Below the pieces are notes generated by a model. It saw only the letters and a list, made by a program, of their open reading frames with translations, ran no database searches and was not told the origin of the DNA. Source: a virus (Duplodnaviria; Caudoviricetes). Taken from it: a stretch of 60,111 bases of DNA. Below are positions 45,775 through 55,564 of the stretch, piece by piece; the stretch's first letter is position 1, and each line of letters begins with the position of its first letter. Both the position numbers and the translations under genes were made by a program. The stretch spans positions 1-60,111 of IMG/VR virus record IMGVR_UViG_3300031774_000010; one strand, 5' to 3'.

Positions 45775-45993
45775 ATGGTTAACCTCAGAGATAAAATTAT
45801 TAAATCTCTCCTAGCCCATGCCAATGGAGAGATTCAAATCCATCTTGCAAATGTTGAAATTTATTTAAACAATCCCGCAGGTATTGGGGAGCACTCTGAT
45901 ATTACGGGAGCTATACAGGAAGAATTAGATAAGATTGCAAAATGGGAAGATCAGATTTCTGTAATTCAAAAATATCTTACTAGTGCTCGCTAA
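45775..45993 (+). CDS. hypothetical protein
   Basis: 72-aa helical ORF (NP.GIGEHSDI). Confidence 0.7.
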   Translation: MVNLRDKIIKSLLAHANGEIQIHLANVEIYLNNPAGIGEHSDITGAIQEELDKIAKWEDQISVIQKYLTSAR

Positions 45994-46011
45994 TACTAAT
46001 TTTGAAGATTA

Positions 46012-46116
46012 TCAGACAAAGTATTGAGAATATGTATATACTCCCATGATGCCCCAAAAGGTGACCATAGCGAAACGACCAGTGGCTTTTTGCCAGATTA
46101 AAGAATTTGAAGACAT
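46012..46116 (-). CDS. hli: high-light inducible protein, degenerate motif (34 aa)
   Basis: Manually read IWQKATGRFAMVTFWGIMGVY; TAATG-coupled to the previous hli. Confidence 0.6.
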   Translation of the reverse strand: MSSNSLIWQKATGRFAMVTFWGIMGVYTYSQYFV

Positions 46117-46313
46117 TAGAAAACTCCTGGAATAATTTGACCTGTTGTGATGTAAGCACCTAATAATGCAACGAAACCAATCATTGCCCAGCGTCCGTTA
46201 GCTTTTTCAGCTTCTTCTGGGTAGCTAGTATAATTTTCTACTAGTTGTGGTTTTGCTTCTTTAGCAAAGATATTTTGCTTTCCGTACTCAGTAATGATGT
46301 GAGAGGAAGTCAT
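46116..46313 (-). CDS. hli: high-light inducible protein
   Basis: AEKANGRWAMIGF...TGQIIPGVF. Confidence 0.97.
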   Translation of the reverse strand: MTSSHIITEYGKQNIFAKEAKPQLVENYTSYPEEAEKANGRWAMIGFVALLGAYITTGQIIPGVF

Positions 46314-46453
46314 TAAAAAATACCAGGGATGATGTTTCCAGTTGTCATATAAGCTCCTAAAGCAGCAACGATTCCAATCATGGCCAAGCGACCATTAGTT
46401 AATTCAGCATTTTCAGAGAGTTGCTGATTTACAGCAGTTTCCTTAGTAGTCAT
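46313..46453 (-). CDS. hli: high-light inducible protein (46 aa)
   Basis: Manually read AELTNGRLAMIGIVAALGAYMTTGNIIPGIF. Confidence 0.95.
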   Translation of the reverse strand: MTTKETAVNQQLSENAELTNGRLAMIGIVAALGAYMTTGNIIPGIF

Positions 46454-46506
46454 GAGTATGAAAAAGGTATGAAGAAACCCCACCGAGGCGAGGCTTGTCT
46501 CTTCAT

Positions 46507-46554
46507 ATTTTATACATATTTACACTTTGTAACCGAACTTAATATTACGTTACA
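46507..46554 (-). promoter_or_regulatory. hli operon promoter with HLR1 (RpaB)-like repeats
   Basis: Minus strand ATTAAGTT-CG-GTTACAAA-GT-GTAAATAT just upstream of TAAAAT. Confidence 0.55.
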
Positions 46555-46593
46555 ATCACTTATCGATGCTATTAGAAAATCTAATAATCTAGA

Positions 46594-46956
46594 TCAGAAC
46601 TTGTACTTAGCTCCGATTTTTGTTCCATAAAGGTTGTCATCTTCTTGTGACAATAGTGAAAATTCACCATAAACACCAAGTTTTTCAGTTGCAGAAATGT
46701 CACCGCCAATCTTTCCAGATAAACGTGTTTCTCCGTCGCCGCCTTCAGGAGCGATGATTGCAGGACCGCCTTGTACATAGAAACCATAAGTTTCGTTGCC
46801 GCCTTCATAACCAATATGGATATCAGTTACAGATCCTTCATAGTCAGTACCTGTGAAACCAGAGTTAGCTTCAACATTTACATATGTGCCAGCGAAAGCA
46901 GCAGGAGCAGCTACAGAGGCAGTTGTTGCTGCAAGAGCAATAAGAGTTTTGATCAT
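46594..46956 (-). CDS. small outer-membrane beta-barrel (porin-like) protein
   Basis: Signal peptide, alternating beta strands, C-terminal GAKYKF signature. Confidence 0.75.
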   Translation of the reverse strand: MIKTLIALAATTASVAAPAAFAGTYVNVEANSGFTGTDYEGSVTDIHIGYEGGNETYGFYVQGGPAIIAPEGGDGETRLSGKIGGDISATEKLGVYGEFSLLSQEDDNLYGTKIGAKYKF

Positions 46957-47037
46957 TAGTTTTACTTATTAAAAAGTATAAGAGTAATTACCTAGTAAGG
47001 CTAACACCCAGAAACCTAGATACTGCAAGGGTTTTGC

Positions 47038-49614
47038 CTATGCCAATTTATTTTCTGGCAGTATAGTAGGGGATTTTGTATGCTTTTGATCAGAACTTCT
47101 TACTACTAACCCCTTTATAAAAGGTCTTCCTTTCTTTGTAAAATGATAAATGTTCTTAAGTGCTAACTGATTTTTACAACAGTCAAGAAGTAAAGATATA
47201 AATCTTTTTTGTCCTACAGGTTTTGATCCAGTGTCTTCACAATAGGAACAATAACTTGCATAAAGATGAAAACTACTATTGCAATATCTTTCTTTTGCAT
47301 CCTTTGCTGCAGGAATTTTCTTACCTACGGATGCAACAGCGTCAGGTTCATGTACAACTTCTGACTGTAACCATTCAATAAGATTATTACTATTTAATAA
47401 AATCTCATTTCTAACCTTCTTCAATGAAGGAACTTTTTCATATGTATCTAGAAGATATTCTCTCATTTCTTGAGTAGTCATTTGTAAAACCCAGTTGACT
47501 AAGCCAGGTAAATAATTCTTCCATAAGCCCTTTACGACTCCGTTCTCCATTTTTATCATCTCTTTCGCCTCAGAATTTTTATCCCATAATGAGCGATTAA
47601 ACTCCACGGTCAAACGCCGTCTAGTTAAGCCAGATGTGTTATCTGTTGTCTGGATTGGCTCATTGGCGCAAACCATGACCATACCGATGTAAACAAATGG
47701 TTCCCCTACGTTTTTATTTTTCTCTTCAAAGCGTAAATTATCTCCTCCAGTAAGAGCTTTAAAGATCTGTGCAGAGCCTCCGTACCGCTCTGAGTCGTTA
47801 ATTAGAGTGAGTCGCTTACCTTTTATTGATGCTATCTCGAAACGGCTCTGTTCGAGCTGATTAAGGGTAGTACTTGCATAGTTTCCATTGCCAACTAGAG
47901 CACAACAAAGATTTGCAAAAGTTGATTTACCACGTCCTCCTGGTCCAATGATTTCAAGGAATCTCTGTAGTTCATGACCTTGACCGACTAAGCAAGCTTT
48001 TAGCCATGCTCTTAAAACTTGAACTCTATCTTCATCTCCATATTGAGTCTTTCTAAGCCATTGGATAATAGGTCCTGGATCTGCGTTAGGGTTATAGTCA
48101 AAGTCAAGCCCCCAAGTTAAATAATGTTCAGGATCATGATCTAGAAATTCACCTGTATTCATTTCAAGTACACCGTTGTTAAAAGCTAGACGATCAGGGT
48201 CATCATCCCAGTAGGTGTGGGTAATATAAGCCTGAGTTAGGTTTACTACGTCGGAGATCAAATGAGATGTAAAGCCACCTGGGGTAGGAATATTTTCCCT
48301 TAAAAAGAGGTCTTGTACGAAGTGTTTATATTCATGTCTATATTCTTCTCTTCTCCAAGTACCTTTACTACTTTGATAAAACATAAAGGTATCAAATTTT
48401 GGATCATATCTCCAACCACATTCAACGACCATCTGAGTAACAAATTCAGCTAATTCTGAAGCTGGTGGAGTCTTTGGTCTGCTTCTGCCTTTTACCTTTT
48501 CTTTTATTTCTTCTTGTTCTTTTTCAGTAGGTGCTCCCATGATTGCTTTAAGAGCGTTATTTATAGTGCTTTCATTAATTTCTGTTTTATCATTTTTAAA
48601 TAGTTTTTTAGCTTTTTCTGCGAGTGCTTCAGCTGATTCAACGACAAAGCCTCCAAGTTCTAGATAACCATCTTCTTTTGCTTTAGCCCTGAGAGTATGT
48701 ATACCTGCACCATTTTCAGGAGCTGGTCCTCCTTCTTGACGTTCAAAAGTATCCCATTTCTGTTCACAAACCCCATCTTGAAAGTTAGAAGCTTGCTCTG
48801 ACCAGTCAATCCATTCTTTTAATAAAGAATCGTCTATTTGATGTAAGGCTGCACCTACTGTGATCCACTCTTCATAGTCAATAGCTCTATCTTGACTAAG
48901 ATGATCTAGATAAATTTTTGCTTCAGATAACAATTCTTCCTGTTGAAACTCTGATCCTTCCTCGTAATTGATGTTTATCTGTTGAGTAACTATTCCTTGT
49001 CTGGGTGTTTTTCTGTATTTAGTTGTTGGATGAGCTTTTGTAATTGCGTCATATAACCATTCTGGAAGTTCTGGAGGATTTTTTGCATACTCAAAACCAC
49101 CATGTGAAGTCGTAAAATATCCCTCAGTTTCTGGATGGCTTCCCATGATTGCACCTTGTCTTGATCTAAAAAGAATTTCAAAAGAAGGTATGCCTATTTT
49201 TATTGTCGCTTTATCTGGTAATAAAGATATTTTTTTAGTTGGAACGCTGTAAAGCATCCTCTGTCTGCCTTCTTTACCAGATGAAATCGTTAAAGTAGGA
49301 GGAAAAATAGCGGAAAGAGGAGCACCAGCTAATTCTTCGAGTTCTGGTATAGCTTCTGGACCATCAATATCTACCCATAAAAGTCCACCTTCATTTGACC
49401 ACTGACCTGTAATTAAGCCTATGCCAGTTGCTTGTCCATCTTGCAGCTCCGCTTTTATCTGGTCAATGGTATAAGGTTGAGAAGTCCAGCCAGCAAGATA
49501 TGCCCTTTTATCCCGTAATGGTGTGAGAGCCCAATCTTGAGGAATTAAATCAAGATTGATTTCTCCAGCTTTAATTTGATAGTTAGGTTGTTGTTCTGGT
49601 GATGCAGTAGGCAC
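47038..49614 (-). CDS. bifunctional primase-polymerase / PriCT / D5-like SF3 helicase
   Basis: WVDIDG, GSHPETEGY, YEEWITVGAALH...W..WS, Walker A GPGGRGKST, FKALTGGD. Confidence 0.92.
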   Translation of the reverse strand: MPTASPEQQPNYQIKAGEINLDLIPQDWALTPLRDKRAYLAGWTSQPYTIDQIKAELQDGQATGIGLITGQWSNEGGLLWVDIDGPEAIPELEELAGAPLSAIFPPTLTISSGKEGRQRMLYSVPTKKISLLPDKATIKIGIPSFEILFRSRQGAIMGSHPETEGYFTTSHGGFEYAKNPPELPEWLYDAITKAHPTTKYRKTPRQGIVTQQININYEEGSEFQQEELLSEAKIYLDHLSQDRAIDYEEWITVGAALHQIDDSLLKEWIDWSEQASNFQDGVCEQKWDTFERQEGGPAPENGAGIHTLRAKAKEDGYLELGGFVVESAEALAEKAKKLFKNDKTEINESTINNALKAIMGAPTEKEQEEIKEKVKGRSRPKTPPASELAEFVTQMVVECGWRYDPKFDTFMFYQSSKGTWRREEYRHEYKHFVQDLFLRENIPTPGGFTSHLISDVVNLTQAYITHTYWDDDPDRLAFNNGVLEMNTGEFLDHDPEHYLTWGLDFDYNPNADPGPIIQWLRKTQYGDEDRVQVLRAWLKACLVGQGHELQRFLEIIGPGGRGKSTFANLCCALVGNGNYASTTLNQLEQSRFEIASIKGKRLTLINDSERYGGSAQIFKALTGGDNLRFEEKNKNVGEPFVYIGMVMVCANEPIQTTDNTSGLTRRRLTVEFNRSLWDKNSEAKEMIKMENGVVKGLWKNYLPGLVNWVLQMTTQEMREYLLDTYEKVPSLKKVRNEILLNSNNLIEWLQSEVVHEPDAVASVGKKIPAAKDAKERYCNSSFHLYASYCSYCEDTGSKPVGQKRFISLLLDCCKNQLALKNIYHFTKKGRPFIKGLVVRSSDQKHTKSPTILPENKLA

Positions 49615-49728
49615 AGTTTTGTCTCGTTCGCGTAATAAGATGTTGACACCAGCTTGAGGTTAGCGGTTTTTACCTATTTAGCCAGTTTTTTATTTTTTTA
49701 TTTTTCTGTATCTCTAATTTAGTGGATA

Positions 49729-50553
49729 TCAATCTGTCTTTTTATCTTCGTTTACAGCATCCATTTCCAGTTTTGCAGCTTCTTGAGCTGGTAATATTTC
49801 TGTGTAATATTTTTTAACTGCATCAAGCCATTTCTCTTTATATTTTTCAATTGTTGAACTTTGTATAACAAAAACTTGAGTGTCATCTCTTGTTGCAACA
49901 AAAGTCATTACTAAGTCTGGTTTTATATTTACCGTATGTTCCAAAGCTAAGGCATAAGCTGCCATCTGCATTTGACATTTAGAATATTTCATAAAGCCTG
50001 CTCGCTTCATGCCATACAAATTTTTAGGAGTATCTGGCCCAGGCCAACGAGCGTAATAGGGTCCATTACTTGTTTTTAAATCTCCAAGTACAACTTTACC
50101 TTTGTATTCAGCAACAATGTCAGGGGTACCAGCCCATCCCCAGTTTTTTTCTTTATTATTTCCTGGGTGCCATACACGAGATACCCCATCTCCTCCAACT
50201 ACCCAAGAAAAATCATCAGGGTTTTTTGGATTTTCTGCCCATACAATATTTTCTAATTTTTCTAAATTTTGAGGTAAACCTTTCCAAAAACTTGCAATTT
50301 CAGGATCACTAATTTGTGGATCAGTTTCTTTACCTAATAAAAACTCTTCCATCAAAGAGTGTACTTTTGTTCCTCTAGCAGCAGCAGCTTCTCTTCCACC
50401 AGGATTTTTCTTTGCCCATCTTTCTAATGCAGCTTTACTACCTGAGGTAGCTGACAAAATAGTTGTTACTGAAGGTAAGGCACCGTATGGAGTTTTGTAA
50501 TGCCGAGATCCATCAATCGTGACGCGAGTGTCACCCTCAGAGCGATAATCCAA
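49729..50553 (-). CDS. PD-(D/E)XK exonuclease
   Basis: PSVTTIL, RGTKVH, AGTPD...DLKTS, QMAAY. Confidence 0.9.
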   Translation of the reverse strand: MDYRSEGDTRVTIDGSRHYKTPYGALPSVTTILSATSGSKAALERWAKKNPGGREAAAARGTKVHSLMEEFLLGKETDPQISDPEIASFWKGLPQNLEKLENIVWAENPKNPDDFSWVVGGDGVSRVWHPGNNKEKNWGWAGTPDIVAEYKGKVVLGDLKTSNGPYYARWPGPDTPKNLYGMKRAGFMKYSKCQMQMAAYALALEHTVNIKPDLVMTFVATRDDTQVFVIQSSTIEKYKEKWLDAVKKYYTEILPAQEAAKLEMDAVNEDKKTD

Positions 50554-50601
50554 AAAAGTTTTAATATCGGCTCTAAGGAGAATAACCTTACTTAATCTTG
50601 C

Positions 50602-50781
50602 TTAATCCTTAGATTCCACGGTAGCCAAATGCTTTTTTGCTTCATCCATATTGCTAAAAAATTTGCAAATACCTGTGTAACAACTTAAATAACGTTCAAA
50701 AGTAGTTTTTCCTCCCGTTAGCGGGTACTTATAAACAGTTCCACCTTGAGGTGTGATTAAAACTAACTTTGGTTTTTTCAT
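50602..50781 (-). CDS. small hypothetical protein (59 aa)
   Basis: Manually read ...TPQGGTVYKY...GICKFFSNMDEAK. Confidence 0.6.
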   Translation of the reverse strand: MKKPKLVLITPQGGTVYKYPLTGGKTTFERYLSCYTGICKFFSNMDEAKKHLATVESKD

Positions 50782-50811
50782 TATTAGTAATGCAATTGAT
50801 ATATTCTATTT

Positions 50812-51129
50812 TTAATCATGTTCTACTTCTGGTGGACGATCTTCAGGATTATTGTTAAAACAATTATCAATCTTTTGTGCAAATTGCATGTTCTGATATT
50901 GACCTACATGGGCTTGAATTCTTGCATGGATATCAAAAGCAGATTTAATTGCATCATCAGGACCAATCATTAATTTTGAGTTAGCTAATAATCCAGCAGT
51001 CAAAATACAAATGGAGAGTTCCTGAGGATTATTGACAAAACCTCTTAGAGATTTTCCATTATCAGTAAATGAGGAAATTAAAAAATCTAAATGATCGAGA
51101 TTCGGATCGGGTGTAGAACTTTCTGGCAT
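50812..51129 (-). CDS. hypothetical protein
   Basis: 105-aa ORF. Confidence 0.65.
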   Translation of the reverse strand: MPESSTPDPNLDHLDFLISSFTDNGKSLRGFVNNPQELSICILTAGLLANSKLMIGPDDAIKSAFDIHARIQAHVGQYQNMQFAQKIDNCFNNNPEDRPPEVEHD

Positions 51130-51131
51130 GG

Positions 51132-51386
51132 TTATTCATCCAAATTGTGAATGTGGTATAAAGCTATCGTATTCCTTTTTATCACAGGGTCCAGCAGCCC
51201 TTCATCTTTTAATGCATGTATTCGCCTCTGAATAGTTCTATGATTACGTCCAAATTTTTTTACGACTTCAGTAATTGGTATCAATACGAGGTGCTTCCCT
51301 TCAAATTCTGTAGAGACTTCTAATAGGTAATTATGGATGTCTTTTGCAAGATCATCCATAAGATTTGTCATTAATGGCCTAACCAC
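51132..51386 (-). CDS. winged helix-turn-helix protein
   Basis: ITEVVKKFGRNHRTIQRRIHALKDEGLL. Confidence 0.8.
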   Translation of the reverse strand: MVRPLMTNLMDDLAKDIHNYLLEVSTEFEGKHLVLIPITEVVKKFGRNHRTIQRRIHALKDEGLLDPVIKRNTIALYHIHNLDE

Positions 51387-51452
51387 TATTTATTTCCAAA
51401 TTTAGTACAGGTTTGATTCTACGGGTATCTAACTCTATTTGATTTTGTTTTT

Positions 51453-51668
51453 CTATGATCTTTGGTTATATTTTTCAATTCCATTTTTTGCTGTTTGTAA
51501 ATCAACTGTCCAACAAGGCTCCCAACCATGCATTTTACTAGGAAATTTATAGAGAATATGGCCAGTATTACCGTGTTTTAGACTTTTGATTTTATATCCT
51601 TCATATGTTATTGACTCTAAGATTTCAGAAGGACCACCACGATATTTTAGTTTTTTTTGATTTTTCAC
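51453..51668 (-). CDS. hypothetical protein
   Basis: 71-aa ORF. Confidence 0.55.
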   Translation of the reverse strand: MKNQKKLKYRGGPSEILESITYEGYKIKSLKHGNTGHILYKFPSKMHGWEPCWTVDLQTAKNGIEKYNQRS

Positions 51669-51721
51669 TATTGTAATGCAGCAACAATAATAGATTATCG
51701 CCTGTAAATCAAGATAAATTT

Positions 51722-51844
51722 TTACCTGTCAAATATATTGGGGTCAGTCCATTCATTTTTCCGACATATGCAAATTTCAGATTTTTTATGAACTTTTTTG
51801 CAGAAAGAGCAAATTATTTTTGTAGTTGTATCTTCTTTCGTCAT
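51722..51844 (-). CDS. small Cys-rich peptide (40 aa)
   Basis: Manually read CSFC...CIC. Confidence 0.35.
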   Translation of the reverse strand: MTKEDTTTKIICSFCKKVHKKSEICICRKNEWTDPNIFDR

Positions 51845-51883
51845 TTTTTAAAATTTTTAATAGCAATTAATTTTAACTTGAGT

Positions 51884-52486
51884 TTATATGCCTTTTTTAA
51901 TTCGTTTTCTCAATCGATAAGCTAAAGAAACTCTTTTTACTAATTTAGCTGGGGAAGGACCATGTTCTGGAAAGTCTTCCATAATTTCTCTCATCCTGTC
52001 TTTATCTGGTAAGTTTTCATTTTCCTCTTGAATAATTTTATTGTTAAAAATTCTTTTTATTATTGTGCTTTTTTTTAATCCAAATTTTTGTTTTTCTTTT
52101 TCATTCCACATATCAAAATTAGGAATTAATTTAGAGCGTACAGCTTTTATTGTTGCTTGATATTTATTACCAGTAGGTTTTGAGCTTATTAATCTTTTTT
52201 CATATGCCAATTTAATGATATTAATAATGTTTTCTCTCTTCTTTTTCCAATGTTCTTGATTTGTTTTTAACTCACTAACCTCTTGTTCTAAATTATCAAT
52301 CTGTTTATCACATTCTTTTATGACGCCAATAATAGCATCAAATTTTGACTCTTCTCTGGATTTAAGCGAGTCCCAAATGTAAGCTAATTCTTTTTTTTCA
52401 TCCTCTTCAATTTCAGGAGAATTTAAAAGAAAATCTATTTGTTGGCCATGCTCCAACAATTGAAGGTATGTAGATCTATCAGCCAT
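51884..52486 (-). CDS. siphovirus Gp157-like protein
   Basis: ESKFDAIIGVIK......L..E...LK coiled coil, inside the recombination/replication block. Confidence 0.6.
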   Translation of the reverse strand: MADRSTYLQLLEHGQQIDFLLNSPEIEEDEKKELAYIWDSLKSREESKFDAIIGVIKECDKQIDNLEQEVSELKTNQEHWKKKRENIINIIKLAYEKRLISSKPTGNKYQATIKAVRSKLIPNFDMWNEKEKQKFGLKKSTIIKRIFNNKIIQEENENLPDKDRMREIMEDFPEHGPSPAKLVKRVSLAYRLRKRIKKGI

Positions 52487-52623
52487 TATTTTCCTTGGCC
52501 TCTATACTTTTTCTGACTCTTTAACTTGTACGATCCATTTTTGCGTCTACCAGCACCTATAGATGTTTTTTTAGGGTACGCCTGTATGGATTTTTTTTCA
52601 CTAGATCCACTTGATTTTGCCAT
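52486..52623 (-). CDS. small basic protein (45 aa)
   Basis: Manually read ...PKKTSIGAGRRK...KKYRGQGK; TAATG-coupled. Confidence 0.7.
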   Translation of the reverse strand: MAKSSGSSEKKSIQAYPKKTSIGAGRRKNGSYKLKSQKKYRGQGK

Positions 52624-52711
52624 TGAATTTATACTTTCTGCGTAAATCTTAGTGTTTGTACGGTGTATGTCAATCAGGATGGGTAGAATGTTATATATAA
52701 GAGAGCAGCTT

Positions 52712-52960
52712 ATGAAGAATTTTAAAATTACAGAAGTACCTTTTGATCCTCTAGATATAGCTCCAACACTGGAAGATGAATTTACAATTGAGTCAGTTTC
52801 AAGAGAATTACTATTAATTAAAGACCCAAAGAAATTAAGAATGGCTGCATTAAATTTATTAATGATTACAATGCAACGTCAAGCAATAATACGTAATTTG
52901 TGTAAACAATTAGCAAAAGGCCAAACGTCTGATACAGTCACAAAATCTCACAGCAATTAA
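52712..52960 (+). CDS. second NblA-like protein
   Basis: PTLEDEFTIE...L....LNLL...MQRQAIIRNLCKQ pattern; ATG at 52712 follows a TAGAAT box. Confidence 0.45.
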   Translation: MKNFKITEVPFDPLDIAPTLEDEFTIESVSRELLLIKDPKKLRMAALNLLMITMQRQAIIRNLCKQLAKGQTSDTVTKSHSN

Positions 52961-52963
52961 TTT

Positions 52964-53116
52964 TTGAACTTAGGAAAACAACACAAGAAATTGGTAAAAC
53001 TTGCAACTAAAGCAGAAAATTGTACGTCTAGGAAGCAAGCAAAGGAAATCATAAAAAAAGCGGAGAAGGTTCAATTAAAGCTCTCCGCTAATTATTTAGA
53101 TTCAGAAAAAACTTAA
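52964..53116 (+). CDS. small basic helical protein (50 aa)
   Basis: Manually read TTG-start ORF KKLVKLATKAENCTSRKQAKEIIKKAEK. Confidence 0.5.
   Translation: MNLGKQHKKLVKLATKAENCTSRKQAKEIIKKAEKVQLKLSANYLDSEKT
53053..53089 (-). terminator. intrinsic terminator (minus strand)
   Basis: AGCGGAGA/TCTCCGCT stem, T tract on the minus strand, just past the 53113 stop. Confidence 0.55.
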
Positions 53117-54024
53117 GTTAGTCCACCAACTAAAGCCCCTGCTTCATCTCTTTCACCAAGATTCGTTGCAGGTAGAACAGGGTTAGTAATATCTACGCCT
53201 GGTTTTAAAGCGTGGAACCCAATTTCTTTTTCACATTGCTTGAAGTATTTGTTGGCGTATACCTCTGGTGGGCAACTTTCCCAAACCTCTTCAATATGGT
53301 CAATGTCTGCTGCTTTTTTAGGCCAAAAGTCTAAAATATTATCCTCATCAGGGGTTTCCCATGATTCTGGAACAGCAATATCAGATTTTCTCTTGTCACC
53401 ATATTTTTCACTACCAAAGGTAGGTGTCCATATAACAGAAGAGCACATCTTTTCACCAAAACCTTGTGCTGCTTTATCACCAGTATGACTAGCGTAAGCG
53501 CCTTCTAGTTGCTCTAAGAATTGAGAATACTTTTGACATAGAAGTCGGGCAGCTCCACCATGGATAGACAGAATCAAAGGCTTTTTATGAACAGGAGCAC
53601 CTTTTGCATCTACTAGGTAGCACAGAACAAGACGTCTTCTTCTATAAGGAACTGGCTTATCAGGATTCCTTTCTTTCCATGTATCCCAAAGGTGATTCAT
53701 ATCTCCGTAGAGACCTTCAATAGCACCTTTCTCTTCGCTGTTTTCAACGAAAGTAGGATCATCTTTATAACCACCACGCAAAATAATTAGTCGGGGTGTG
53801 CGGAATAAAATTCCTTCCTCTATCGCGCCACCACCAAATTCTTCTTCAGTGTGCTCAGCATCAGGGAATTGAGAAGGCTTACCAAACCAACCGCAGCGGT
53901 CAGCGTGAGTATCCTTAAGAAATATTCCAGGATCTTTTCTTCTGTTAAGGATCAGGAGCATACCAAGTTCACGCATTTGGCGTGGGTATTTTTCAGTGTC
54001 CTTAAAACGGTCTAATACAGACAT
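53113..54024 (-). CDS. putative ssDNA-binding/annealing protein (DUF5895-like)
   Basis: PRLIILR...RRRLVLCYLVD..G.PVH..PL.L...G; adjacent to ssb. Confidence 0.45.
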   Translation of the reverse strand: MSVLDRFKDTEKYPRQMRELGMLLILNRRKDPGIFLKDTHADRCGWFGKPSQFPDAEHTEEEFGGGAIEEGILFRTPRLIILRGGYKDDPTFVENSEEKGAIEGLYGDMNHLWDTWKERNPDKPVPYRRRRLVLCYLVDAKGAPVHKKPLILSIHGGAARLLCQKYSQFLEQLEGAYASHTGDKAAQGFGEKMCSSVIWTPTFGSEKYGDKRKSDIAVPESWETPDEDNILDFWPKKAADIDHIEEVWESCPPEVYANKYFKQCEKEIGFHALKPGVDITNPVLPATNLGERDEAGALVGGLT

Positions 54025-54080
54025 AAGTAATTCAGGGTGTTCAGTTAGTTTGGGCTGGATCTACCAGCGTTACAAGGTTA

Positions 54081-54830
54081 TCAAAAGGGAATCCCATCAT
54101 CAACCTCTTTTGCTTTTTTAGGCTTAGAGCTAGATTTAGAGATTGCCTGTTGATGTGGAGAGTCAGCGAATTGGGGGTTTTCCAATTTAGTTTCCTTTAA
54201 AACCTCATCAGCTTTTTTCTCTAGTTCTTCAGTTTTTTTATTTTTACCAAAGAAAGAGTATTGAGAAGCTCGTACTCTAATTTTATAGTTGTGCCTTGTG
54301 ACATTATCTTTGCCAGTCCAGCATTCAAATTTCAGAGTACCTCCCATGGCAACTTGACGACCTACAAAAAGGAATTTTTTCATCCGTTCTGCATCGTCTC
54401 TCCAGCTCTCGATCCTGAAACCAAGACTGTCTTGCCAAGTGTGGCCAAGAGTCTTTTGTGGTGGAGCTTGACACATTAAACCGAAGTTAAATGCATCTTC
54501 TCTATATTGTTCACCAATAAAACCAACGCCACCAGCTAGGTAAACTTGATTAATTGCTGTACCTGTAGGTACCGCTTGTATTGGTTGTGTAGGTACCACA
54601 TACATTTTCCCATCTTCATGGGGGTATAGGCGACCATTAATGAGCAGAGTTGTTTCAGGTTCAAATGCACCAGCTGCACATGTATCGCCAGCTGCGAAAC
54701 TAGGTAATACAAAAAGAGGTATAGGAATTGGTTTTTTTCCAGTACCTGCTATTGCAAGGCGCATTGTACGAAGACCACTAACTGTGGTGTCGTCCCCTGT
54801 GTAAACTGCTGCCGCTGTAATTAAATTCAT
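54081..54830 (-). CDS. ssb: single-stranded DNA-binding protein with two OB folds
   Basis: NQVYLAG, VGRQVAMGGTLK...W; acidic DDGIPF tail. Confidence 0.8.
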   Translation of the reverse strand: MNLITAAAVYTGDDTTVSGLRTMRLAIAGTGKKPIPIPLFVLPSFAAGDTCAAGAFEPETTLLINGRLYPHEDGKMYVVPTQPIQAVPTGTAINQVYLAGGVGFIGEQYREDAFNFGLMCQAPPQKTLGHTWQDSLGFRIESWRDDAERMKKFLFVGRQVAMGGTLKFECWTGKDNVTRHNYKIRVRASQYSFFGKNKKTEELEKKADEVLKETKLENPQFADSPHQQAISKSSSKPKKAKEVDDGIPF

Positions 54831-54997
54831 AATTCAGTTTTAAGAGATTTTGAAAGACGAGCCTTAAGGATTGTATGAATCCTATCTAACTGTTCATCAG
54901 CAAGATTTCTAAGGTCGTTATAACCTCGTTCTAAATCAATGAGCTCTGTGGTAGTGATCTCATCGGGTGTTTCGGTTTTTTTAGTGCGAGGTGGCAT
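54827..54997 (-). CDS. small hypothetical protein (56 aa)
   Basis: Manually read ORF, ATGA overlap with ssb. Confidence 0.6.
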   Translation of the reverse strand: MPPRTKKTETPDEITTTELIDLERGYNDLRNLADEQLDRIHTILKARLSKSLKTEL

Positions 54998-55072
54998 GGC
55001 AGTTATAACAGCAGGTCTACTGTACTTACTTCGTCTAAAATAGCAAGAGATATTTACTTAGAGATACGAGAT

Positions 55073-55564
55073 ATGGCATCTTTTAATTCAGATGATCTTT
55101 TAGCAGCAGCTTTAGCACAACTGGGTAGGGAACAAGGTGATCCTTCATTAGTTGCTCATTCAAGGTTTCATAATGGTACTCATTTAGAAGGTACTGATGA
55201 TAAAGAGCCTCACAATATGAATCCTGTACTATTTGAAGATGAATACGGTAGAAAAATCAGAGGTAGTATGTCAACAGAAGATGCATACAGACCGGGTTTA
55301 CATGATCCAGAAGCTATAAAAAGAGGGGATATTCTTGATGACAGTAATATGATTGAGTACACAACTGAGGAGGCAATACAAGATGAAGTTTCTAATGCTT
55401 TGTATGATGAATTATTTAAAATGGCTCGCGCAAACAGTGCAAATCCAGAGTCTAAATTCATAAGAGATCCAGGTGGTTCTGGTAAATTAATAAAATTTAG
55501 TACACCTATTGATTTAAGGTCACTAGAACAAAAAATGGGAGGATATCCTTTTAATCAAATTTAA
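55073..55564 (+). CDS. acidic hypothetical protein
   Basis: 163-aa ORF after TAAAAT box. Confidence 0.65.
   Translation: MASFNSDDLLAAALAQLGREQGDPSLVAHSRFHNGTHLEGTDDKEPHNMNPVLFEDEYGRKIRGSMSTEDAYRPGLHDPEAIKRGDILDDSNMIEYTTEEAIQDEVSNALYDELFKMARANSANPESKFIRDPGGSGKLIKFSTPIDLRSLEQKMGGYPFNQI

Noticed and set aside
49729-50553. cas4 of a CRISPR system
   Set aside because: No Fe-S cysteine cluster, array or cas neighbours; typical stand-alone phage exonuclease
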